This document shows positions 29,476 through 36,427 of a DNA stretch of 64,000 nucleotides, piece by piece. The stretch spans positions 1 through 64,000 of the IMG/VR virus record IMGVR_UViG_3300020172_003394; one strand, written 5' to 3'. This DNA comes from a virus. A program made the position numbers and the translations under genes. The notes below the pieces were generated by a model. It saw only the letters and a program-made list of their open reading frames with translations. It was not told the origin of the DNA and ran no database searches. How positions within the stretch are numbered: position 1 is the stretch's first letter; each line of letters starts with the position of its first letter.

Positions 29476-29547
29476 AGGTCCATAGTGTAATTGGCAACAC
29501 AACAGTCTCCAAAACTGTTTTTCAAGGTTCGAGTCCTTGTGGGCCTG
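29476..29547 (+). tRNA. tRNA-Trp(CCA)
   Basis: acagt-ctccaaa-actgt. Confidence 0.93.
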
Positions 29548-29553
29548 TTTCAT

Positions 29554-29627
29554 TCCCAGGTAGCTCAGTTGGTAGTAGCAGCGCACTGTTAATGCGCGGG
29601 TCGGGGGTTCAAGTCCCTCCCTGGGAG
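29554..29627 (+). tRNA. tRNA-Asn(GUU)
   Basis: gcgca-ctgttaa-tgcgc. Confidence 0.94.
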
Positions 29628-29661
29628 CTTGTCGTATTTATTTTTCACAAACGAGGTTATT

Positions 29662-29919
29662 ATGAATTTGACACCGAATGATAAGTTGAAGTTGGAAGCA
29701 GCACTGAAGGATATGGCTACGTCTATGACACGGGTAGCAGCAGAACGCGACCTACAGAAGAATGTGATTGGAGACATCTGTGAAGAACTCCAACTCAATA
29801 AGAAGGTGTTCCGTAAGTTGGCACGTGTGTATTACAAGCAAAACTTTGATGACGAAGTTGCAACGCATCAAGAGTTTGAAACCCTTTACGAGACTGTAAC
29901 GCAAACTACTAAGCCCTAA
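29662..29919 (+). CDS. T4 DsbA-like dsDNA-binding protein
   Basis: SMTRV.AERDL.K....ICEE..L.KKVFRKLARVYYKQNF......FETLYE pattern. Confidence 0.75.
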   Translation: MNLTPNDKLKLEAALKDMATSMTRVAAERDLQKNVIGDICEELQLNKKVFRKLARVYYKQNFDDEVATHQEFETLYETVTQTTKP

Positions 29920-29929
29920 GAGGTGACGT

Positions 29930-30373
29930 ATGAATCGGTTATGGATGTTGTTGTTCGTTTTCGGATGTACGGCACCAACCGAACCGCAGGTTACAAACTA
30001 TCAATTAAATTTTGTAAAAGATGTAGATACAATTTTTGTTGATACCACGGCAATACAAATCACAAAGCATATTGGAGCGGTCACTAATATTCACGGCAGA
30101 CGAATGGTATTGATAACAGGAAATATTTACATCCAAGCAACTCCTGGATTTGGACATGTAGATACTCTACCTACGGTTAATCCAATATCGTATACCAACA
30201 ACGGGTATGTAGGCACTGTATTTGGTGCCTTTCCAAGTATGGTAGGAATGACTGCAACCATTATTGCAAAAGTTGTAGATGATATACGAACACCTGAAGA
30301 ATATAGGTATCCGCAACTTCGGCAAGTATTGGCAGTGGATACGATGAAGATGGTTATTCTCCCACGCAAATAG
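29930..30373 (+). CDS. putative lipoprotein
   Basis: lipobox VFGC followed by TAPTEP. Confidence 0.7.
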   Translation: MNRLWMLLFVFGCTAPTEPQVTNYQLNFVKDVDTIFVDTTAIQITKHIGAVTNIHGRRMVLITGNIYIQATPGFGHVDTLPTVNPISYTNNGYVGTVFGAFPSMVGMTATIIAKVVDDIRTPEEYRYPQLRQVLAVDTMKMVILPRK

Positions 30374-30378
30374 TAGTT

Positions 30379-30452
30379 GGGGTGGTAGCTCAATTGGTTA
30401 GAGCACTGCACTGTCACTGCAGAGGTTGCGGGTTCGATTCCCGTCCATCCCG
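30379..30452 (+). tRNA. tRNA-Asp(GUC)
   Basis: ctgca-ctgtcac-tgcag. Confidence 0.94.
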
Positions 30453-30476
30453 TTTTACACCACCAAGGAGTATTTT

Positions 30477-30671
30477 ATGAAACGTGTGTATTTGAGTAAT
30501 ACTGAAAACAAAATTGCTGGAGTATGTGGTGGATTTGCAGAATCATTAGGAATTGACCCCACACTCATCAGATTACTTTTTGTTGCAGCGTTTTTTTCAC
30601 CACTTCCTGCAGTAATTTTTTATCTGCTGTGTTGGATAGTTATTCCACGAAATCCTGGATATAAGTCATAA
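30477..30671 (+). CDS. pspC: PspC-domain membrane protein
   Basis: KIAGVCGGFAESLGIDPTLIRLLFV...YLLCWIVIP. Confidence 0.9.
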   Translation: MKRVYLSNTENKIAGVCGGFAESLGIDPTLIRLLFVAAFFSPLPAVIFYLLCWIVIPRNPGYKS

Positions 30672-31795
30672 TGAAATTATTATTGTTATCAACGTGTGGC
30701 AGAACAAAAGAAGCAGAAGATGTAAGTTACATTAATTTATATCTTGCGTCTCTGAAAAAGCATGTTGTTCCTCATTACAATGTTAAAGTTATTTTGTTCA
30801 ACAATGCATTAAATCAAAATTCTAATGAAAGTTTGACTTGGCAAAGAGTTCAAGAGTTTGGATTAGAAAATATTGTTGAAGTAAAAAACATGTATGAAAT
30901 GGGACTACCGCAAAAATCGTTAGAGTTTCTTGATAATATGCACTGGTTTTCCAAGATTGGAATAAATATGAATATGTTATTTGATTATTCAAGAAACCAT
31001 AATTTCTTTGATGCAGATTGGGTTTTTCACTTTGACACGGATTTAGAATTTTTACCAAACTTTCAATCGGTGTTTTCTAAAATTCATCCTATGGTGGAAG
31101 TAAATCCAGAAGTTATGATAACTGCGGCGGGTGACACATACCCATACAACATACGTTATCAGGACACAGAATTTATTTTTGATGAACCTGAACGGGTATA
31201 CATGTACGACGAATCAACAGTTCATCACAATTTTACTTTACGGCAATTGACAGTAAACCGTAGAGACGCCGACGCAACAGATGCAACTAGATATTCTGGT
31301 AGTGAAAAGTTATTTTTTAACTTACAACAACAAAAAATAAGAAATGATTTTGTTGGATACTCCAGACAAGCGGCAAATCAACATACGTTCAACTGGATTT
31401 CGTGCCACTATCCAAACAATTATGAAGCAATTGGTAAATTAAAAGATAACGAAGATGCACATTTGTTGAAAAAATTGTGGGATGAAAAAACTAGTCCTAA
31501 TTTTGAATTGTTTGTGAATCACGATAAAGGGTCACTACCACAATTCTTTTTACAAGGGTCGTCACATAATGTCGTAAAGGTACAACTTCGTGGTTATTTG
31601 GATATGGCAAGACATTATAGTTCTGGTTGGTATGCCGAAACACCGTTTGGGGCATACGCACAACAACGACTAAAAGAAGATTACACCGATACCCAGCATA
31701 TTTGGGAAAAGGATTATTTGACAAGAGAAGAAATTGAATCTAGAATTTCTAATTTACAAAATGAAATTCAAAGATTACAAAATATGTTAAATTAG
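30671..31795 (+). CDS. putative glycosyltransferase (GT-A-like)
   Basis: HFDTDLEF DxD motif; neighbourhood of glycan genes. Confidence 0.5.
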   Translation: MKLLLLSTCGRTKEAEDVSYINLYLASLKKHVVPHYNVKVILFNNALNQNSNESLTWQRVQEFGLENIVEVKNMYEMGLPQKSLEFLDNMHWFSKIGINMNMLFDYSRNHNFFDADWVFHFDTDLEFLPNFQSVFSKIHPMVEVNPEVMITAAGDTYPYNIRYQDTEFIFDEPERVYMYDESTVHHNFTLRQLTVNRRDADATDATRYSGSEKLFFNLQQQKIRNDFVGYSRQAANQHTFNWISCHYPNNYEAIGKLKDNEDAHLLKKLWDEKTSPNFELFVNHDKGSLPQFFLQGSSHNVVKVQLRGYLDMARHYSSGWYAETPFGAYAQQRLKEDYTDTQHIWEKDYLTREEIESRISNLQNEIQRLQNMLN

Positions 31796-31801
31796 TAGTT
31801 G

Positions 31802-31886
31802 GGACAGTTGGCTGAGTGGTCTAAAGCAGGAGATTACTAATCTCTCGTACTGAAAGGTACCGTGGGTTCGAATCCTACACTGTCCG
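31802..31886 (+). tRNA. tRNA-Ser(ACU)
   Basis: ggacagt/actgtcc-G; ggaga-ttactaa-tctct; long V arm gtac-tgaaag-gtac. Confidence 0.9.
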
Positions 31887-31902
31887 TTTAATGGAGATTG
31901 TT

Positions 31903-32013
31903 ATGGCAACACATAAAAGAAAAGGACATACTAGAAAGCCAAGAAAATCTTGGCAAGCTAGTATAAAAGTAAAATCAACAACTGTTAAAAATCCGCGCAA
32001 AAAACGTAAATAA
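31903..32013 (+). CDS. 36-aa basic peptide MATHKRKGHTRKPRKSWQASIKVKSTTVKNPRKKRK
   Basis: manual translation; GGAG SD. Confidence 0.6.
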   Translation: MATHKRKGHTRKPRKSWQASIKVKSTTVKNPRKKRK

Positions 32014-32036
32014 TTAGTATTTATTTAGGAGAGGGC

Positions 32037-32065
32037 TTGACAATCGGCAGTCCACTAGTTATATT
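32037..32065 (+). promoter_or_regulatory. sigma70-type promoter TTGACA-17-TATATT
   Basis: consensus match upstream of tRNA-Lys. Confidence 0.78.
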
Positions 32066-32082
32066 ACTGGTGTAGGGTAAAC

Positions 32083-32156
32083 GCCTCCATAACTCAATTG
32101 GTCAGAGTAGCTGGCTTTTAACCAGTAAGTTCTAGGTTCGAGTCCTAGTGGGGGCA
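32083..32156 (+). tRNA. tRNA-Lys(UUU)
   Basis: gctgg-cttttaa-ccagt. Confidence 0.93.
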
Positions 32157-32175
32157 CTGTTGATTAACAATAGAA

Positions 32176-32350
32176 GGTCAGTTGTAGAGCTTACCCGTGG
32201 TAGGAGAATCCCCACGCTACACGATTCATCCAAGCGACCCTTACGTGAAGTATCACTACAACGATACAGGGGAAGTATCCGTAAGTAGTAGTCCTCGTGT
32301 TTAGACAAACGTTCGGTGAGGATGGCACCAACGATAATAGGTAAGTTCTT
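32176..32350 (+). ncRNA. candidate multi-stem ncRNA between tRNA-Lys and tRNA-Leu
   Basis: closing agagcttacc/ggtaagttct; internal cgtgg/ccacg, ttacg/cgtaa, gatac/gtatc, tcctc/gagga; no ORF in track. Confidence 0.6.
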
Positions 32351-32387
32351 CTCTATAAAATGAGAGGATACAATAAGTCATCCATAC

Positions 32388-32470
32388 GCCCTGGTGGTGG
32401 AATGGCATACACAGAGCACTTAAAATGCTCCGGTCTTACGACCTTGCGAGTTCGAGTCTCGCCCTGGGCA
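32388..32470 (+). tRNA. tRNA-Leu(UAA)
   Basis: gagca-cttaaaa-tgctc, V arm. Confidence 0.93.
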
Positions 32471-32752
32471 TCAGCAGGAGAACAATATGATTAAGTATTT
32501 GGTAAAAATATATTTTGTAGGTGGGGTCACATCGTTTATATATTACGCAGCAGAAGCAACCGAGGCTATTACACAGTTTCGTAATGACCCGGATGCACAA
32601 AAGTTGTTAGAAGGAAAAGTATTGACACATTATGAGGTAGGACCTGTATGAGTAATATAATTTTAGGTGGTATCTGTATATTGTTTGTATTACTCAGTAT
32701 ATGGTTTTCTCTTGTAGTACATCATCGTTGGGGACGTAAGAAATAAATTGTT

Positions 32753-32824
32753 GCGGGTGTAGCTCAGTGGTAGAGTCCGTGCTTGCCAAGCACGTTGTCG
32801 TGGGTTCGAATCCCATCGCCCGCT
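32753..32824 (+). tRNA. tRNA-Gly(GCC)
   Basis: cgtgc-ttgccaa-gcacg. Confidence 0.94.
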
Positions 32825-32836
32825 CTTGGAGAATTT

Positions 32837-33412
32837 ATGTTTGATATGTTTAATAGAGTAATCTCACAACGAGGTTACACAAGATACTTGGAAATCGGTG
32901 TTAGTAATGGTGGAACATTCTATAATATAGAATGTCAAGTAAAGCATGGTGTGGATCCTAACAACAAGGATATACTTTACCCCATTACCTCCGATGAGTT
33001 TTTTGAAAACTGTAATCAAACATATGATTTAGTTTTTATTGATGGTGACCACGAGTGTAATCAAGTGTTACGAGATATTAATAATAGCATCCAACACTTG
33101 TCACCAAATGGTATCATTTTTATTCACGATACAAAACCGCACACCGAATTGATGCAACGGTCACCAATGCCACCTTCGGAAAAATTGTGTGAACGTGGGT
33201 TGTGGACTGGTGATGTGTGGAAAGCTATCGCAAAATTTAGAAGTACAAGAACAGATTTTACAGTTAGAACATTTAATATAGAACTTGGTTTAACTATACT
33301 AGAAAGAGGTGAGGAGACGCTGATAGAAATACCAGAAGAACTCACTTACGAGTGGTACTTGACAAACCAAGATTACGTGTTAAATTTAATTCCGTACAAT
33401 ACGGGCCTGTAG
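32837..33412 (+). CDS. class I SAM-dependent methyltransferase (Methyltransf_24-like)
   Basis: YLEIGV, GVDP, TSDEFF, DLVFIDGDH, HD, WTGDVWK. Confidence 0.88.
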   Translation: MFDMFNRVISQRGYTRYLEIGVSNGGTFYNIECQVKHGVDPNNKDILYPITSDEFFENCNQTYDLVFIDGDHECNQVLRDINNSIQHLSPNGIIFIHDTKPHTELMQRSPMPPSEKLCERGLWTGDVWKAIAKFRSTRTDFTVRTFNIELGLTILERGEETLIEIPEELTYEWYLTNQDYVLNLIPYNTGL

Positions 33413-33475
33413 CTCAGCTGGGAGAGCGCCTGATTTGCATTCAGGAGGTCATCGGTTCGATCCCGTTCAGGTCCA
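33403..33475 (+). tRNA. tRNA-Ala(UGC)
   Basis: cctga-tttgcat-tcagg; G3:U70. Confidence 0.95.
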
Positions 33476-33478
33476 TTT

Positions 33479-33563
33479 TAGTCGGTCATTGAGGGTGTAG
33501 TCACTCAGTCCTATGTCAGAGAAATCTGTTATGTCTGAACCTACAAGCGACCTGAGCCGACTA
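33479..33563 (+). ncRNA. candidate small structured RNA between tRNA-Ala and tRNA-Val
   Basis: tagtcggtca/tgagccgacta closing stem; tgtag/ctaca; caga-gaaa-tctg GNRA hairpin. Confidence 0.55.
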
Positions 33564-33566
33564 TCT

Positions 33567-33640
33567 GGGTGGTTAGCTCAGCTGGTTAGAGCATCGCTTT
33601 TACACAGCGAGGGTCGGGGGTTCGAGTCCCTCACTACCCA
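33567..33640 (+). tRNA. tRNA-Val(UAC)
   Basis: tcgct-tttacac-agcga. Confidence 0.94.
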
Positions 33641-33659
33641 TTCACCATAAGGAGGTTAT

Positions 33660-33866
33660 ATGAGACAACGTGTTATTGAAATGTTACGGTCACAAGCAGA
33701 AGCAGAACGTCAGAAGGCATTACTTTCACTTGACCTTTTGATGGAACGTTCGGTTGGTATTGGTGACCATTCCACAGGTGATTTTTATAAGAACGCTGAA
33801 GAAGCATTACAGATGCTTGTTGACGCTGACGATAAGATTGAAGCATTAAACAAGTATTTTAATTAA
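33660..33866 (+). CDS. conserved phage hypothetical protein
   Basis: AAGGAGGT SD; SVGIGDHST motif. Confidence 0.75.
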   Translation: MRQRVIEMLRSQAEAERQKALLSLDLLMERSVGIGDHSTGDFYKNAEEALQMLVDADDKIEALNKYFN

Positions 33867-33873
33867 GTTTGTC

Positions 33874-33945
33874 GCGGGTGTCGTATAACGGCTATTACCC
33901 CAGCCTTCCAAGCTGGTGACGAGGGTTCGACTCCCTCTACCCGCT
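33874..33945 (+). tRNA. tRNA-Gly(UCC)
   Basis: ccagc-cttccaa-gctgg. Confidence 0.94.
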
Positions 33946-33949
33946 CTTT

Positions 33950-34033
33950 GCTCTTGTGACGGAACCGGCAGACGTAGCGGACTCAAAATCCGCCGCCCTC
34001 AAAGGCGTGTGGGTTCGACTCCCACCGAGAGCA
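33950..34033 (+). tRNA. tRNA-Leu(CAA)
   Basis: gcgga-ctcaaaa-tccgc, V arm. Confidence 0.93.
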
Positions 34034-34036
34034 TAA

Positions 34037-34109
34037 CGGGGAGTAGCTCAGTTGGTAGAGTGCACGCTTTGGGAGCGTGATGTCGCAGGTTCGAGTCCTG
34101 TCTCCCCGA
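34037..34109 (+). tRNA. tRNA-Pro(UGG)
   Basis: cacgc-tttggga-gcgtg. Confidence 0.94.
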
Positions 34110-34127
34110 CTCAATAGGAGAATAGTT

Positions 34128-34451
34128 ATGGAAAAAATTATAGAAGAATATTTTGATGCTTTTGTTAACAAAGATTTGCAAAAGTTATCGTCGCTGTATG
34201 ATGACAATATTGTGTTGTCTGAATGGGATGAAAACATCTTTACTGGAAAGGAAGCTGTTTTAAAAGCGAATGAAGAACTATTTAATAAGTTCAAGGATAT
34301 TGGTGTTGTGGTGAAAGCACGTGCATCACAAAATAATCGTTCGTTGAATGAAATAGTGGTACACCTAGACGATGTTGAAGTCAAGGTAGTTGATAGCATT
34401 ACTGTGGTAGATGGAAAAATTATCGGTATAATGGCATATCGTGGATTCTAA
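34128..34451 (+). CDS. SnoaL/NTF2-like protein
   Basis: YFDAF..KDL..L..LY, GKEAV, DGKI..I.AYRG. Confidence 0.8.
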   Translation: MEKIIEEYFDAFVNKDLQKLSSLYDDNIVLSEWDENIFTGKEAVLKANEELFNKFKDIGVVVKARASQNNRSLNEIVVHLDDVEVKVVDSITVVDGKIIGIMAYRGF

Positions 34452-34509
34452 TATTAAACGATATTTATATTGTAATACGGTTCTGTAAATTTACACTAGA
34501 GAAAAATAT

Positions 34510-35196
34510 ATGAAATACGCAGTATTTTCAACTTATAGAACAGCCAGTACTTTATTGCATGATATGGTACGAAACCATTTCGACCTTACGGGTTTAGGAG
34601 AGTTAACAGGGCAATCACCGTTAGATATACGATTAGATGATGCGTTACGTCATCAATATATCAACGAAAAAATTGCAGAAGATAACTACGTTGTAAAATT
34701 ATTTTCGTCTGATTTTACACCAAACAATTATTGGTTTAATAAAGAAACGTTTGACTGGTCAAGATTTGAAAAAATAATAATCAGTACACGAGCAAACGTA
34801 ACAAACCAATTAGCAAGTGTGTATTATATGAAAGTTTATAATACAGGAGAACAAGAACTATTTCCGATAAATACAACTCCTGAAGCTATAGATTTTTCAA
34901 ATGAACATTGGATGAAAATTATGGAGTTTATGAGAAAATCATTACTACGACTTCATAGTATCAAAGATGAGTTATTAACGCAATATCCAACAAAGGTATC
35001 GGTGGTACCATCGGAAATTTTCCGTGATGAACCATCAGAGTTTTTACCAATAGTAAATTCATTAACTGGTATTAATTTTGTAGAAGCTAATTTAACACCA
35101 ACAAATTCGTTTGTTACAGGACTAAACTACTCCGAAAAATATACTAATTATAATGATTTAAAAGCAATAGTAGATTCGTGGGGAATTCCAAATTAG
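34510..35196 (+). CDS. sulfotransferase-like P-loop protein
   Basis: STYRTASTLL N-terminal motif; R...QLAS. Confidence 0.55.
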   Translation: MKYAVFSTYRTASTLLHDMVRNHFDLTGLGELTGQSPLDIRLDDALRHQYINEKIAEDNYVVKLFSSDFTPNNYWFNKETFDWSRFEKIIISTRANVTNQLASVYYMKVYNTGEQELFPINTTPEAIDFSNEHWMKIMEFMRKSLLRLHSIKDELLTQYPTKVSVVPSEIFRDEPSEFLPIVNSLTGINFVEANLTPTNSFVTGLNYSEKYTNYNDLKAIVDSWGIPN

Positions 35197-35199
35197 GGC

Positions 35200-35228
35200 T
35201 TGACATTTGAGTAGAAGTTAGGTATATT
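35200..35228 (+). promoter_or_regulatory. sigma70-type promoter TTGACA-17-TATATT
   Basis: consensus match; predicted start coincides with ncRNA 5' stem. Confidence 0.8.
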
Positions 35229-35231
35229 ACT

Positions 35232-35344
35232 TGTGTGGTCAGCAAGAGAGCGGTAACGACTAACAGGTTTCACAGCGATACTCGATATCGCAGACGAGTT
35301 ATAAGTGCACTTAGGAACTCGTCGGCTGAGTTGGTGACCACACA
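35232..35344 (+). ncRNA. candidate structured ncRNA preceding tRNA-Glu
   Basis: perfect 10-bp tgtgtggtca/tgaccacaca; gcgata/tatcgc; gacgagtt/aactcgtc. Confidence 0.65.
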
Positions 35345-35348
35345 TTAC

Positions 35349-35420
35349 GCCGCTTTCGTCTATCGGTTAGGACATAGCCCTTTCAAGGCTAGAAGGCGGG
35401 TTCGATTCCCGCAAGCGGTA
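35349..35420 (+). tRNA. tRNA-Glu(UUC)
   Basis: tagcc-ctttcaa-ggcta. Confidence 0.92.
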
Positions 35421-35436
35421 CTACAACAAAAAATAT

Positions 35437-35510
35437 CCGCCAGTGGCCAAATGGTGAAGGCAGCGGTCTTATATACCGAAGATGTGTAGGTTCAAGTCCT
35501 ACCTGGCGGA
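35437..35510 (+). tRNA. tRNA-Ile(UAU)
   Basis: ccgccag/ctggcgg-A; cggt-cttatat-accg. Confidence 0.85.
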
Positions 35511-35533
35511 CTTGGTTATTGTGGTGGGTAGTA

Positions 35534-35607
35534 GGGCCGTTAGCTCAGTCGGTTAGAGCACGCGACTCATAATCGTGCGGTCCTGGGTTCAAGTCCCAGA
35601 CGGCCCA
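35534..35607 (+). tRNA. tRNA-Ile2(CAU, lysidine type)
   Basis: GGGCC acceptor typical of Ile2; cgcga-ctcataa-tcgtg. Confidence 0.85.
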
Positions 35608-35630
35608 TTTTAAATTAGGAGATACCGTAA

Positions 35631-35723
35631 ATGCCACATCCAAAAAAGTGCGGAAAGGGTCGTCGTAAGATTGGCTCGAAGAAACGCAACAATCGTTGGA
35701 AAAATAGAAAGCGTAAGCATTAA
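35631..35723 (+). CDS. 30-aa basic peptide MPHPKKCGKGRRKIGSKKRNNRWKNRKRKH, bS22/mS38-like
   Basis: manual translation; AGGAG SD; size and K/R pattern. Confidence 0.65.
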   Translation: MPHPKKCGKGRRKIGSKKRNNRWKNRKRKH

Positions 35724-35730
35724 TATCTAT

Positions 35731-35945
35731 CCGAGGCCTTTACCCTACCTTTCACCTCGTTAACAGCCTTCGGGCGAATGGAAAGTCTTTAAAATGATAG
35801 GGCGGGGCTGGAGTCGTTATGACCAGACACGTTTGACTAGTTTGGTGTATGGATAAACTAGTAGGCGGTTGGGGAAACTTGACGGAGTTGTGTGTCCGCC
35901 TAAATACTTGTAATAAGTGAGTTGATATCTCACAACACATCCCCC
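35731..35945 (+). ncRNA. candidate ~215-nt multi-hairpin ncRNA preceding tRNA-Gln
   Basis: gcc-ttcg-ggc, ctttc/gaaag, cccta/taggg, actagttt/aaactagt, taggcgg/ccgccta; GC-rich, no plus-strand ORF. Confidence 0.6.
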
Positions 35946-35947
35946 AT

Positions 35948-36018
35948 TGCCCCTTCGTCTAACGGCAAGACGCTAGGCTTTGGACCTAGCTATCGTGGTT
36001 CGAATCCACGGGGGGCAA
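35948..36018 (+). tRNA. tRNA-Gln(UUG)
   Basis: ctagg-ctttgga-cctag. Confidence 0.93.
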
Positions 36019-36062
36019 TTGTAGTAAATGGTTATTTAATTTTAATTTAATGGAGTATTATA

Positions 36063-36239
36063 ATGTACAAGTTCATTCTTGCAGTAGCAGTAGTTGCGTT
36101 GGCCGCATGTGGTTCGGTAAAGACCGAAGAAGCTTCAACAACGGATAGTACCGCAGTTGCTGCACCAGTATTAGACACCGTAGTAGTTGCGGATTCAACC
36201 GTAGTCACCGCACCAGTTGACGGTCCTGCTCAAAAGTAA
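36063..36239 (+). CDS. 58-aa lipoprotein (MYKFILAVAVVALAAC...)
   Basis: manual translation; lipobox LAAC; GGAG SD. Confidence 0.75.
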   Translation: MYKFILAVAVVALAACGSVKTEEASTTDSTAVAAPVLDTVVVADSTVVTAPVDGPAQK

Positions 36240-36251
36240 TCAATAGTATTT

Positions 36252-36322
36252 GCGGTTCTAGTGTAATAGATAGCACGGTAGGCGTCCAGTCTACAAGTCC
36301 GGTGCAACTCCGTGGAACCGCT
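36252..36322 (+). tRNA. atypical tRNA-Gly(UCC)
   Basis: gcggttc/gaaccgc-U; gtagg-cgtccag-tctac (G33); GUGC T loop; no D-loop GG. Confidence 0.7.
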
Positions 36323-36329
36323 CTAATTT

Positions 36330-36416
36330 GTAAGAACAATCTCATGCGAGGTGTGGCGCACTCGTTGTGGTGGCGGGAAGAGTAGTATTAACTACTTGAA
36401 AGGGATTTGTTCTTAC
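36330..36416 (+). ncRNA. candidate three-way-junction RNA between atypical tRNA-Gly and tRNA-Ser
   Basis: perfect gtaagaacaa/ttgttcttac; cgag..gtg/cac..ctcg arm; agtagt-atta-actact. Confidence 0.6.
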
Positions 36417-36427
36417 TTTTACTTTCT

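Noticed and set aside
32783-32836. ORF-track N-terminal extensions at 24784, 30426, 32783, 34077 and 37478, and ORF 35235-35489
   Set aside because: They start inside tRNAs, ncRNAs or terminator regions; downstream ATGs, mostly with SD sites, are the credible starts
32176-36416. RNase P RNA, SRP RNA, hammerhead, twister, pistol or HDV/theta ribozyme identity for the ncRNA candidates
   Set aside because: Diagnostic cores (GAGGAAAGUCC, the SRP domain IV motif, CUGAUGA..GAAA, HDV P3/L3 closure) were not found by eye; an Rfam scan is still needed
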